A program made the translations under genes and the position numbers. From Callorhinchus milii (lineage: Eukaryota), in contig NW_024704743.1 in NCBI RefSeq assembly GCF_018977255.1, forward strand, positions 63,862,001 through 63,926,000: a stretch of DNA of 64,000 bases. The letters run 5' to 3'. A model generated the notes under the pieces. That model saw only the letters and a list, made by a program, of their open reading frames with translations. It made no database searches and was not told where the DNA came from. Positions 37,223-51,118 of this stretch are shown here, piece by piece. Numbering within the stretch: position 1 is the stretch's first letter; the number at the start of each line of letters is the position of its first letter.

Positions 37223-39416
37223 ACTACGTAGTCTGTAATTAAATCCAAAGCAATTTTAAAAGAACCTTAAGATAGAATGGAGAACCTAAATAATTGCATG
37301 TATTTCCATCTCCTTCCTTGATTTTATTTTTTCTTTAAATGAGAATAATTTGTCAGTCAGAATAGGGAACAAGAAGTCACTTTAATACACACCTTTGTAT
37401 CAACTTGGGATGTCCGCCCGACATGAAAGGTGCTATAGAAATGTAATTTTGTTGTTGTTGTCATGAAAATAATAAATCAGAATGTTAGGTGAAAGTAACA
37501 GAATCTGGTTATAATTCATTCTGTGGGAAAAGATGCCAGATACTCTTTTCTGAGTAATGTTACTTAACAAATGTAAGTTAATTTTCAATTACTAATGCAA
37601 TGAATCTGTTGTATGGATATCTGAATATTTTGAAAACATTGACCCAAATAATCACATTTGCCCTTGAGTGAGAAATATTTATCAGTAAATGTTTTACTGT
37701 GCACTAAGACCAAAACTAATGATGCTCTCAGGATGATGCAACACTTGTCAGCAACACTTTACACAGGAAGGATACACTGAAGTCCCCAAAGACACCAGAA
37801 ATGCTTTTAACTAATCACGCTGCAGACAGAAAGCTGCTATCTTTGTAATTCAATAGGTTGTAAATCAGAATTTCACAGTGGGTTCTATCATGCCTTTTAT
37901 GGAAAAATCTGGGCAAATTACAAAAACCTCCAATAGAATTATTTAATCCTCTAAACACTGAAATATACATTGAGTAGCGAACATTTGCGAAAACTTTAGT
38001 AGCGTCACTATCCAATTGTACTGGTCTGATACTTATAGTGACTCACATTTAAATAAGCTTGAAGGATAATTTAAAGTTGAAAAGCTTCATCTTGAGAGGG
38101 CATTGAAAACAGTACAACAAGTGCAGCAAAATGTTCACTTCAACAACACTACAATAGAGATATTAATAGCAGCCTCAATGAGCAGAATTATTTTTTTGTT
38201 TGAGAATGTGATTATTGCCAGGTTTGAGAAGAAGTGGTTAGGGCAATCAATGACATGAAGGATACACTGAAGGATACATTCCAGTTGGGCAAAGCTAGCA
38301 GAAGGAGAACAGAAAATATGTATCATAAAAGTGCAAAGGTACATTTTGAAATATGTTTCAAACCTCGTGCAAGGTTTGAAAAAAATTTCAAAAAATTTTG
38401 AAAAAAATGCAGGACTGAAAGTACTGATTGGATTATGTTATCTGAAGCCTACAATTTCACTTAAATGATCTCGCAAACAGACATGAAATGTGTTCTTTTT
38501 TCTGCTGTCCTTTATCTTATTGATTGCAACAACAACAACTTGCATTTATACAGCGCCCTTCACACGGGGTAGCATCTCAAGCGCTTGGTGCAATTAGTCA
38601 AATTGGCACATAATAATGTTCAGCGAAGGTGGTCTAAACTCCATTCACTCTCCTCCCTTCCCCACCCGAGGAGTTTGTTGTAGAAATCTTTGAGATAAAT
38701 GTAGCTACAGCCAGGCCTTTAATTGAAGACACTGTCCCATTCTTTGATAGTAAATCTATCTGTGTGGAATCTGGAAAGGTTGAATAATGCTGAGAGTGAG
38801 CTTTTATGTGGACAATATGGAAGTTACAAATATAATTGCGAATTTCTGTGATTCTCAACAATCTAATTTAGTCCCCACTGAGGTACCAGTGAGATGTGGA
38901 GGAGAAAAATTATCAGGATTATTCTCTTTCTGGCCTCTTGCTGCCACTGTTGTCTGGATCTTATGAAACACTTTGACCATGAAAAGTCCTCTATATGCGT
39001 TAAGAGGCAAGTACACTGATGTGTGGTGGTTGGAAGTCATCCTTACAATAGCTTTTAACATCAGCTGGTTCTTTTTGTAATGTTTTATTGGCAATTAAAT
39101 CATGGTTTATGTGGAAGGAAGAAATCCATAAAAGTTGAATGCAACATAATACAAAAACTCAATATACTAAGCCAGGAACAGTTGTGAAGCAGTGTGCAGT
39201 GAGTCAACAGTAGGAATATTGCATCCATCTGGATAATGTTATTCCAGGTTACATAGTAATCAGAGGTCTGTTACTTCTGTTACAAATACTGGGGCTGAAT
39301 GAAGGTGAAAATTGAGATCTTTAGTTCTTGAATCCTTCCTGTGCTTCATATTGTAAAAAGGAATTTCATATGGTATCCATGGAGATGGTGGATTATTTCT
39401 AGAGTACCCCCACCAT

Positions 39417-39541
39417 TAATAATAATAATAATAAATAATCCTTGCATTTGATACAGCGCCTTATCACGTCGTCGAGATTTCTCAAAGCACTTCACAGAAT
39501 ATACCGTAAAGTGAATTGACTGTATATTTTGTGGGCAAAAC
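39417..39541 (-). mobile_element. SINE 3' fragment (similar short pieces at ~18627-18730, 18977-19090, 29835-29980, 49455-49545, 63838-63945)
   Basis: aataatccttgcatttgata...gtgaattgactgtatattttgtgggc. Confidence 0.85.
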
Positions 39542-40496
39542 ATATTCTCTCACTCGCATACATACACAACTTAAGTGCTGTGTTTTTGACATTGCCATTT
39601 TACATCATTGAATGTGTAAATTAATTTATAAAGTGTTATAACGAGGTATGTTGCAGTTTGATACTTACAAAACAGCATGCTATTGATATCAGAGTAAACA
39701 ATATTGCACCCATTTAAGGAGATAGAGATTACAGTTAAACTGGAACAATGCTTTTGATAGTTTTCTTAAATTGATGTAGTAGCAGCTGTCTCAGATGCAC
39801 TATAGCATAGTTTCTGTATCAAGATTTTATGCTACAGGTGATTCACAATCCATTTTTCCATCAGCAACAAAACTGTGGGACTCCTAACCTCCATTTATCT
39901 TTCTGATAGATTGCAATATCCAAAGTTTCAAGGAACATCTTCTTCAGCATCTTTCATGTAAACCAAGAAAAAAGCACATTATTCTGTCACATGTAACTGC
40001 AGTTCTAGTCTTATAGCCTGAGAATGTTGCTGCCTTTATATTGCTGGGAGTGAATCTGCCATGTGGACGAGGGGTGATTTTAATCAGGATGGAAAAAATA
40101 ACAAACAATTGCGCTGTTTATCTGTTCAATAATATTAAATATACTCAATTCAAAATATCCAGGTCATGCAATAGACTGCGGGAGAACTTTGAAAGGTCTG
40201 AAATGCTGTACTCTGTCCAGTATCTTGGGACATCCTCCCGACATGAAAGGCGCTATACAAATGTAATCTTGTTGTTGTTGAAAGGAGAATAGGTTGGGAA
40301 CTGCTGTACGTTTCACCTATTGTAGTGTATTACTGCTTAAACCACCTCCAACAAGTGGCGCCAGTGAATCACCGACAAATGTGGAGTACAGGGGCACGAT
40401 AAGATCAATTCATTTTTAAGTGATACTGTGTTAACAATGATACCTGAGGTTTGACCAAGTTCAGTAGACCCTGTTTTGGTACCACACCAGTAACAT

Positions 40497-41966
40497 ACAA
40501 CAACAACAACTTAGATTTATATTGCGTCCTCCATGCCGGACGGCGTCTCAGAGCGCTTTACAGTAACGGATCCCGGGACCAAGCCAGGGGGAGGGGAGGA
40601 AGGTGACCAAAGGCGCGGTCGAAAAGATCTTCAGCAGAGACCTGAAAATGGGAAGGGAGGGAGCGAGATGAAGGGAGTGAGGAAGGCAGTACCAGAGCCT
40701 CGGGGCATAGTGGCTGAAGGCACGGCCACCGAGGGTGGAGCGGAGGACTCGGGGGACAAGGAGGTGGCCAGACCTGGAGGAACGAAGGTAGGGGAACTGT
40801 GCTGAGGAGAGAGGAGGTCAGAAAGGTAGGGGGTGCAGAGGAGTGCAGGGGCATGAATACAAGGGTGAGGATCTTGAAGTTGATCTTCTCTGGGATAGGG
40901 AGTCAGTGCAGTCTGGCAAGGACTGGGGTGATCGGGGAGCGGAGTTTCATGCGGGTGAGAGTGCGGGTGGCAGAGTTCTGAATGAGTTGGATTTTATGGA
41001 TAGTAGTGGAGGGGAGACCGGCGAGGAGGGCGTTAGAGTAGTCCAGCCGAAATTTGACAAAGGCATGGACCAGGGTTTCAGCGGCTTTTGGGGAGAGGTA
41101 TTTGCGGAGATGGGCGATGCGTCAGAGGTGGAAGAAGGCGGTGCTGGAGAGGGACCGGATGTGGGGGAAGGAAGGATAATTGGGGGTCAAACCTGACGCC
41201 TAGGTTGCATATGGGTTTGGAGAGTTTTAGGGGGAGATCTGGTAGGTGGAGGAGGTGAGAACCGTGCGAATTTAGACGTTGACAAGAGCCGAAGAGTATG
41301 GCTTCCGTCTTGTCAACGGTCAGCTGAAGGAAGTTTGCGCTCATCCAGCCCGAGATCTGACAGGCAAGCTGACAGAACATCAGGGAACTGGGGGTCACAA
41401 CGAGAGGTGGAAAAGTAGAGTTGGGTGTCATCTGCATACATGTGGAAATGTACCCCATGTCTGCGGATGACATCCCCAAGAGGGAGCATGTAGATCAGGA
41501 AGAGGAGGGGCCCAAGATTGGATCCTTGGGGTACCCCACAGGTAACCAGGTGAGAAGCCATTTATGCAGATGTACTGCTGGCGGTTTGTGAGGTAGGACT
41601 CGAACCAGGCGAGTGCGGTCCCACTGAGGTGGATGACGGAGGAAAGGCGGTGGAGGAGAATGGCGTGATCGACTGTGTCGAACGCGGCGGAGAGGTCCAG
41701 GAGGACAAGGAGGCAGAGGGAGCCCTGGTTACAGATAGAGAGGATGTCGTTTGTGACTTTCACAAGCACAGTCTCTATACTGTGGGCAGAGTGGAAACCG
41801 GACTGGAGTGGTTCGAAGAGGGAGTGGGAGGAGAGGTGTGCGCGGAGTTGGTTTGCAACAACGCGTTCTAAAACTTTTGAGAGGAAGGGCAGGTTAGAAA
41901 TAGGGCGGTAATGGCTGGGGTTTGAGGGATCCAGGGAGGGTTTTTTCAGGAGAGGTGTGATGACAA
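40497..41966 (-). mobile_element. L2 LINE (subfamily B), RT region plus 3' end, frameshifted
   Basis: [33 protein letters not shown]; tail shared with 4178-4461. Confidence 0.94.
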
Positions 41967-44900
41967 CATGCCATTACTGTAAACTTTAAACCATTTACTA
42001 CCAATTGAACATACAGAGAGAAAGAACACAATTTAGTTTATATAAAAGCATGCATAGTGATAATCACGGATTTAGGAGTAAGATGCAGCATATGTTACAA
42101 GGTAATTCTCAATGTCACTTGGGGCAATTTAATACTGTGTACCACAGCTACAATGGTTACACAGACTGAACTAGGTGGTGTGCAACCTTGGTGTTCCGTT
42201 TCAAGTCCCACACCTAGTTCATCGTGCAAATCTGCCTGGCTCCAACAGCAGAACATTGGCCTTCTTACTTCACTCCCACTGTTGCTGAAATTTGTATCCA
42301 TGCGTTGATCATTTTGAGAATAAATATTTTCATTGTTTTCCTTGCTACCGTACCTAGCTCCACTCGCCAGACGCCGTCACTGATTCAGCACCCTGCAGCC
42401 TGAATTCTTTTGTGTACAAGGCTCTGCACATTCAACCTTCAAGTATCATGTCCAGTCATCTGGAACTTTCCTCAAAAAACACTTTGCTTTGCTAACTCTC
42501 TTTTTACTTTCTGAAACCTCCTAAATATTTCTTTGACTATACATTTGGTCAACAACATATTTGCTCAATGTCTTTAAGTCTCTTATTTTTCTACTCAATG
42601 TCCACCACTGTTTGCCAAGCACTTTGAGATATTCATGTAAGTAAAGGACTGTATAATTGCAAGTCGTTGTTAATGTCCTTCATATTTCTTCCTCTGTACT
42701 AGTCTGGTATACTCTCATGATTCTCAAATCCAGGCTTTAGACCACCAAATAAAATATGCACTGAAGAGTGTGGAACTGAGTGCAGTGTTCATTTTAATAA
42801 TATTAATGTGACTAAAACCAGGGTTCGTGAACTCATTGGAGAGGTAGCAGAATGGATCAAACAATGGTTAAAAAAACGAAAACAGAGCATAGGATATAAG
42901 GGCATCTTTGGTTTGAATATCAGTTTATTCATTTAGGAATTAGAGAAATAGTTTTTAAAAAGAAATAAAATGATAAATGATACAAAGAAAGGACAGGGGA
43001 GTGGAACCAAGTGAGAGCTTGCTCAGGGAGCTGCTGTTTTTATGCTGTGAGATTCTATGATTCCATATTTGTTTAACTGAATTCTAAGGTTTAACATCTT
43101 TCCTGACTACTCTCCTGTTATTATAATATTAGATCCACTTTTTGCTTTACGTTTTGCATTTTTAATGATTTCACTTTTCACATCTCTGGTGATTCCTTAT
43201 GATTAGCCTTGTATGTACCCTAGTAATCACCTTCTCCGTTCTCCCTGCAAGCAGCCATTTGTAAATCACGCTTTTTAAAAAAATTAAATGATCTCGGTTT
43301 TGATATTTTTATTCAATTTGTTCAATTTCGCTGGGTACTTAACTGACATACTTGACATTATGTTCTTGAAGGATGTCCATTTATCCAGTCGTGTATTTGC
43401 TCTGTTCCTCACTCATGTTGAATATTATTGTGCCGAGGTTACTTTCTAAATAGTGCCACTTAGTCCAATCATTTGTAGTAAGTTACTTCAGTACTGTATA
43501 TCAAGGGAATAGATACTCACAGCTTGGCAACATAGGTCACAATTCAGAGCGAGAATCACTGTGAACTATAATTATATAAAAGTGTGTGGATTCATCAGAT
43601 AGTCACTCATTAAGCTATCCATTTATCATAAGTGACAATTATTCTTTTAAAATGGATAGATGAAATTGGTGGATCGTCAACTTTTCCCATTTCAGAACTG
43701 CAAAAGTATAGTTGTACAAATCAAATGGCGTGCGCTCATGTGGCAAGTTAAATGGAAAATAACCACAAAGCACAGTTGACACACTATAGAGCTTGAACAA
43801 CAATTTGGTCTGTATGATTTCATAGATAGAAACTTCCTTCTCGTTTTGAATAGTGTAGTGTCGATCAATTTCTTCCCCAAACACCACGATCCCTTAATAT
43901 CTTAAAAATCACACAACAAGCACATTATAGCAAAGGGCATGTTATAAACAGTATGGTTTCATATTGCTGGGAAAGAATCATAAATCATGGATAAGGTTCT
44001 TCTGACATCAAGAATGCAGTGCAGGCCAGTGTGGTAAAGTGCTAATCATGTTTCCTTAAGAATTTCTCACCAGACCAATTTACCTTCCTTCCCATAAATA
44101 TCCAAGTCTTCAAAAGCAAAAAATCACCCTAGAAACCAGCAAAGCCTGGAATTCGAATTATAACCGCCTAGTTCGGAGTTCAATGCTCCAGTACCTTAGC
44201 TACTGGCCTATTTTATGGTTATAGTAGACTGCTTTTAAATAAAACATCTCGATAAAGAAAAGGAAACATTTGAATTTGATAAATTTAAACAAAAATTAAG
44301 ATTGGATGATTTTTGCCTTTTGGCTATGCAGGAATAATATATTCCTATTTTGGCACTCCCTGGATTTGAAGCTTAAATAGCTTAGGTAAAGTGCAGAATG
44401 GAAAATTTTAATTAGCAGATTGATCAAAATACAACGCAGAGCCAAACAGTTACAGCTTAGTGTCTTTTAATTAACAGTGTGTCCTCTGGGATATTTCCTT
44501 CTGTATTAAAATTCATTAAATGCATTAAAACTGGTAAGAACAGTCTTGAATGCATTTTTGTTAATGTTTAATTAGAAGGCTGTCTGCAATATTTAACACA
44601 GGGTTGCTAAATGGAAGTTCATGGCAAGACACCAAAGAGAGGCATTCTGCCATGAACTTTGTGTAACTTTAGAAATACATTAGGCAGAGAAGATTATGCT
44701 TAAGGGTTGGGCAACTCGACTGCCTTAAAATCACTCAGAAACCTCCGTGAACTAAAACACCAGGCGATCAGATAATTTCATCAGCTTTTCATACCACTGA
44801 CTCCAAATAAAGGCATCCTACTTCAAAACACAATTACCATGTGCCACATTACCATTAATTTATATTGCAAGTGATTTACAATACAGGCATGACACCTTGA

Positions 44901-46193
44901 CATTTCATTGTGTAATCCTGATGAAAGCAAAAATTATTTGTCAATTTACCTGAATAATGTCACCCTATTATGTCTTTCTTGGATTCACATCTAAACATTT
45001 TTGCATTGCCAAAAAGAGTTAACTTAGAATTAAACTAAGTGAATAAAATGGTCAGAGGTACAAAAAAAAGGTTAATCGTTCTGAAGTCAATCCAAGAAAC
45101 AATGAATAAAGCACATTCTTTAAACCCATATAAAATGACCTGGCAATCTAGTTATGTTTCCATTATTTCACATTAGGGAATGGGTGATTTTACAAGAAGA
45201 TTAAAACACTGTTTAGCTCAGTGTTTCCACTGAGAATAAATAGTATGCACTTCAGTAGCACCTTACCTTTCAAAATTTTGTCTCAAACAGCTTAGCTTAG
45301 ATGATGATCAATCCTATAACTGTAGGATAGTCCATTAGCTAAAGTGTTGGAGCACTGCATTGTGATCCAGGAGATCATTTGAATTCCAGACAAAACCAGA
45401 GCTTTCTTAGTTCTTAGAGATGATTTTTGCTTTTAAGTCTGGGAGAGCCAGGTCAAGAATACTTAAAGAACAAAAATATTTTCATTATATCACACCAAAT
45501 TGTGCATTTTTTACAAAAATATATAATTTGTTCATAACTTCTTGCACTTCCACACATAATTTTTGGGGAGAAGATAACCCCCACTATTTGACCCCGTCTG
45601 TCTCTGAACTGGTCATGCTGCTGAACTGAAAATGAAGAGGATCACATTGATAGACCCTGGGTTCCTCATTTAATTTTTCCACTCTCAGTCCCTATAAAGA
45701 AACACCTGACCTCTGCTTAGCATATTCTCCTGTCCCCAAGCACAGTCTCTCCAAGCAAATCCAAAAATAGCATTGCTGTTCTGTATAAGGATGCTGAGCC
45801 AGCTTTCAACTCAAAATAAAATAGCAGCAGTGCACCTGCAGACAGAAGAAGATAGCTGCTACCTAAGCTGAAATATGAAGAAAAATGCTTCTGAGGTTGT
45901 ACTCGATGCCTCTAGAGACAAAAGAACTACCTGATTTACTGTGTAGTGCTGCAGGGCAGCATCATTATTTCCAGAAACAGTCACTGTTTGGTGAAGAAAA
46001 TCTCCTTTTAAATCATTGATATACATAACAACAAAGTATTGAATTCAATGGGTTTCAACACATTTTTCTTATTAAAAAAATAACCAAACAACTTACAATT
46101 TCCAGTTTTGAATGCTCTGACCTTAGCGACACTATAGAATATTTTCATGAAATCTTTCTAAGAATTTGATATCCACCATACCGTATCACTGAC

Positions 46194-46270
46194 CTGTAAG
46201 CCTTTCCAGAGTGTCAAATCCATGTTTTAGTGCTATAATGTCAAGAAACGAAATTGTGCCATCTTCAAAC
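46194..46270 (-). CDS. MOCOS: MOCOS internal exon (77 bp; ~human exon 5)
   Basis: (R)FEDGTISFLDIIALKHGFDTLERLT(G); cctttgcag|G ... ACAG|gtcagt; final G plus GT of next exon forms Gly. Confidence 0.96.
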
Positions 46271-46914
46271 CTGCAAAGGAAAGTATAATTACTATAATCG
46301 TGCAAGATTTACCACATTATTGCAATAACAACCACAACCCTATTTTGTAAACAAAATACTGATATAGCTAAATTTCTCATATCTGGAAATCAAATGTATC
46401 TCTATGAAGTAACAGTTTGTCAACACTTTTGTGTTTGCAGCAACGGAATTTTAAATCAAACTTAAATTAAGTTTGGCTGCCAGTCAGTTGTGTGAAGCAG
46501 TTTGAGGTGTCTTTCTGACACAAATGTAAATTGTTGTCATTCAATAAGGTACCAACTCTCACTTACATCTGAAAAATACTAGAGGCGGTATATTAGTTGG
46601 ATTCTCAAATCTCAGGGTATCGCTAGATTCTTGACCTTTTTCTAAGTGGAAAACTGGAATCTTGATGGAAACACAGGTTTGGCAGTTTTTTCACACATCT
46701 GAATTTACAAACTTATATTTATTTCTGTTGAAAACCTTTTTCAATGCCACCTTAGTTCCTTTCTCTTTTTTAAAGAGGAGGAACACATATTCAATCATAT
46801 CTAGACAGGGTGCAATTTGGCATGAGTACTGCAACTTTCTGGCAGCTGCAGAATAGATAGATATAAATAAGCCAATGTTTGAAAACTGTATTGGGTAAAA
46901 CACAAATAAAACGT

Positions 46915-47243
46915 GGAGTCCTGTAGCTCAGTGGTTAGAGCATTCGCTTTGGAAGTGAGAGACCTGAGTTCAATTCCAGGCAGAGGGCGAAACCTTGGGC
47001 AAGTTTCCTTACTCCACACACCTAATAATAATCCCTCCAAAACCAAAAAAACAAACAACAATAAATTGGTCATTTTCAATCTACGGCTGTTTGTGGGACA
47101 TTGCTGTGCGCAATTGGCTGCCGCGTTCGCCCACAAATATACAGTCAATTCACTTTACAGTGTGTTCTGTGAAGCGCTTTGGGACTTCCTCCCGACGTGA
47201 AAGGCGTTATATCAAATGCAAGGATTATTATTATTATTATTAT
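46915..47243 (+). mobile_element. Full-length young tRNA-Ala SINE
   Basis: Near-identical to 1134-1454. Confidence 0.93.
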
Positions 47244-47919
47244 AAAACATACCTTTTTTAAATTGATCATTGGATTAACTTTTCTATTCAAACTACAGGA
47301 ATGAATTAGGTAAATTCAAAATATATATCTATGTTTGATTGAATTTTTAAACCGTTAAAATGCTGAAAGAGAAAGATCCCTAAAACTATAAAACATTTAA
47401 AATAGTTTAAGTATCAGAGGAACTACACAAAGAATTCTCCACCAGGATACGCTCAGGAAGGAATCCTTCCAGTTACCTGACTGTTAAGCCGACCTCTAGC
47501 TGAAGGTATAAATAGCGACACTGGCATTTATTATACACTCACTATAAATTTCTCATTATAATAAACAAGAAAGAGATTGTTAAAAGATGAGAGTGTGATA
47601 TAATTCTCTCTAATATAATAATGAAGGACTGATTGACTGGAGAAACAAGCTGCTGTGTCTCATGATACTGAAAAATCTTTTTGGAATGCTTCATGTCTCT
47701 TCACATATGGCTCTCGGTCTGAGTTGCTCTAACTTCTACAATACCTCCCCCTTCTACATGTGGAATGTATCTCCTCTTCTGTATGTTAAGTGCTCCAAGA
47801 TGCTGCCCCTCGTGAAAGGCCCTATAAAAATGCAAGTTGTTGTCATTGATAGCCTGGTGAGCAAGGTGAAAGGACAGTGGCAGAGCATTGACTTTTTTGA
47901 TCATTCTGACATATGTGGA

Positions 47920-48897
47920 AATCCGAGCCCCTTCAGTCCAGTTTCTGCCTTGCTCACAGCACTCAGGCAGTACTTGTCAAAGTCATGAATGACGTCCTAG
48001 CTTTCTGTAAGCAGGGCTCACTCTGCCTGCTTATCCTCCTGGATCTCTCTGCAGCAGTCAATACAGTCAATCACGCCATCCTCCTCCCTCATCAACCTCA
48101 ACGGGACCGCACACACCAGGAGCATTACTTTGTCTCTGCAAATGGTTTCTCCTCCTGCCTCTGCATGGTCACATTTGTTATACTCTCAAGGCTCTATCCT
48201 TAGTCCTCTTCTTTTTCTCATTTACATGCTCCCTCTCAGTGATGTCATCTGCAGATATGGAGTCACCTGTACGTGAATGACACTCAAATCTACTTCTCCT
48301 CTTCCATCTGCAACACCAGGTCCACAGATGTTCTGTCCGCTTGCTTCTCAGACATCAAGGCCTGGATGAGCATCAACTTTCTGCAGCTGAGTGTTGAGAA
48401 GCCATCCTCTTTGGTTGCTATAGTCTCATCTGTGGCTCTGACCTCTTTAACCTCTCTGGCCTATCCCACAGACTCAAAGAATGTGTGCAGATTCAATCTC
48501 CAGTTGTCCTTTCTATGCCACGTCCAGTTCCTGACCAGGACCGTTTCCTCCACCTCCTGTACATCGCCTGCCTCCAACCATACCTCATGCAGTAGATACC
48601 TTATCGTTGTATCTGTCACTTCCCGCCTCGACTTTTCCAATGCCCTCCTTGCCAATCTCCCGAGCTCCACCTCTCATAAAATCCATATGATTCAGAACTC
48701 CTCCACCCATATGCTCCCCCATACCAACCCCTCACCCCAATCCTTGCTACGCTCCACTGGCTCTCCATTGCAGAATGGATCAATTTCAAGATCCTCTCTC
48801 ACGTATAAATCACTTCATGCCCTGGCACCTCCCTACCTCTCCGATCTGCTCACACCCCACTCCACTACCTGCCACCGCCTTCGCTCAGCTGGCTCCA
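47920..48897 (+). mobile_element. Old L2 RT fragment
   Basis: EPLQSSF, LLDLSAAVNTVNH, VTSRLDFSNALL. Confidence 0.85.
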
Positions 48898-48977
48898 GTG
48901 TTCCCTCTGCTCCAGGCCATACTTTATTACCTTTGCATCATTCTAGTTTCAGTAACAGACCTCACATTCTTGTAATT

Positions 48978-49294
48978 GGAGTCCTGTAGCTCAGTGGTTG
49001 GAGCACTCGCTTTGCAAGTGAGACACCTGGGTTCAATTCCAGGCAGAGGGCGAAACCTTGGGCAAGTTTCCTTATTCCACACACCTAAGAATAATCCCTC
49101 CAAAAAGCAATAATAAATTGGTCATTTTCAATCTACGACTGTTTGTGGGACATTGCTGTGCGCAATTGGCTGCCGCGTTCGCCCACAAATATACAGTCAA
49201 TTCACTTTACAGTGTGTTCTGTGAAGCGCTTTGGGACGTCCTCCCGACGTGAAAAGCGCTATATCAAATGCAAGGATTATTATTATTATTATTA
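48978..49294 (+). mobile_element. Full-length young tRNA-Ala SINE
   Basis: Head, body and (ATT)n tail. Confidence 0.93.
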
Positions 49295-49350
49295 CATAAA
49301 CAATTTGTGTGCCCAGGACATCTATGTCATAACTTACTCAGTTGTGTTAG

Positions 49351-49961
49351 CAGAATGTAGTGAAACCTGAATAAAATTAGATTTTTGTTGCATTTAAACT
49401 TTTGATGCTTTGTGGTTTTGGCTGTGTAGAAAAATTGCTTATTATTCATAATTTAATAATAATCCTTGTATTGGACAAAGCGCCTTACCACATCTTCAAG
49501 ACGTCTCAAAGTGCTTCACAGAATATACTTTAAAGTGAATTGACTGAGTATGTTAAGGGGAAAACTAATTTGCATAAACCAAGCAACTTATTTTGTAAAA
49601 TTAAGGGAAGAGAGCTGAATACATACAACTGAATCCTCAATTTTCAGTACCATTGTGTTGACAAATTCCAGAAGATGCTTGGTGGACTTATTTTCTTTGA
49701 AAGGTATCTAATAATGACCTTGATACCAAAATAACAGCCTCCACGTCTCAATACTTAGATGTCAAACTTTGTCGATTAAGATAATTTATGTCTCAAATTC
49801 ATCATTATTTGTTACTCTTGTGATATTAGCTTTAATTTCACATGTTCTTGATTCACATCTGCAATTTAAATAACAATTATTCACAAATTAGAACAGAATG
49901 TAGTGAATACTGAATAAAATTAGATTTTTGTTGCATTTAAACTTTTGATGCTTTGTGGTTT
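49351..49961. repeat. 68-bp direct duplication (49351-49418 and 49894-49961)
   Basis: cagaatgtagtgaa..ctgaataaaattagatttttgttgcatttaaacttttgatgctttgtggttt twice, 2 mismatches. Confidence 0.9.
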
Positions 49962-50694
49962 GAACATGCCTATCATTTGACATTCCTCTAATAACAGCAG
50001 CAATGACCAGTGGAATATATCTGCAGAAAAATGAAAAGGATGATAGTAGTTCTGTAGCAATCTCCATTTCATTAATGATTCTGGATATGAACCACACTTG
50101 TATGTACATTACAACCTCATTTATAAGTGATCATTTCAGAATCTGTTATCTTGTTTTCTCATGCTCTCCATTACCCATCCATAGCAAATATTTGGATAAT
50201 GTAACTTAGTTATAAATATTCTGACATAGCTAAGGAAATTGAACACATGATGAACACATTAGCTGTGTAATTGTTCATTATTAATTGGCTTAGTCGTCTA
50301 ACCTTAATTGTCCTGTAAATTACAAAATCATTATTATGAAATTGTTTTGTCCAATTTTGTGGTATGAATTAACTTGTTTGATTTATCTTGAACTAATACG
50401 TAATTTGGAAAATATTAAATTTTATGAATATAAAAGAAAGCAAAGACTCCAATATTTGGAAAAACATCCAAATGCTGTAATATAAAGACTCCTGCTTGTA
50501 GGCTTGTGCACAGTTTGAATGTACTCTCAAACATTTATTCGTTTTGAAAATAATCCAGTCGATACCACTGTCCTGGAAAAATCAGCAAACACACTAAAAA
50601 TAAAAACAGACACATAGCTTAAAAAACATACGTCACTCTACGGATTATGTGCAACAAGCGTCCATTGCTAAATAAATTAAATAAATATAAATAA

Positions 50695-51118
50695 TCCTTA
50701 TATTTCATGTCGCACCTTTCATAATGAAAAGATGACTCAAAGAGGTTTCACAGGATATACTGTAAAGGCCAGTGACTGATGTATAGGTAAATGCAGCAGT
50801 TAATGCGCGCACATTGTCGCACAAACATCCATGGAGTGAATGACTAATTTTATCTGGGGATTTTATGACCAGGGCACTTGGAGAAACTCCCTTTGTTTTT
50901 TTGAATAGTGCCAATGGGATCTTTGACGTTTGAACAGTTAGACGAAACCTCGGTTTCACATGTTATCTTAAGGTCGACAGTTCCAACAATGCAGCATACT
51001 CCTAGCACTGAGTTGGACTGTCAGCCTAGACTATATGAGTTCAAAGCCCTGAAATGGGGCTTGAACCCGCAACCCTTTGACTCAGAGATGAGAGTGCTAA
51101 CAACTGAGCCAGGCTGTC
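50695..51118 (-). mobile_element. Old Deu-domain SINE
   Basis: aatagtgccaatgggatcttt, cctcggttt, cttgaacccgcaacc, caactgagcc. Confidence 0.8.
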
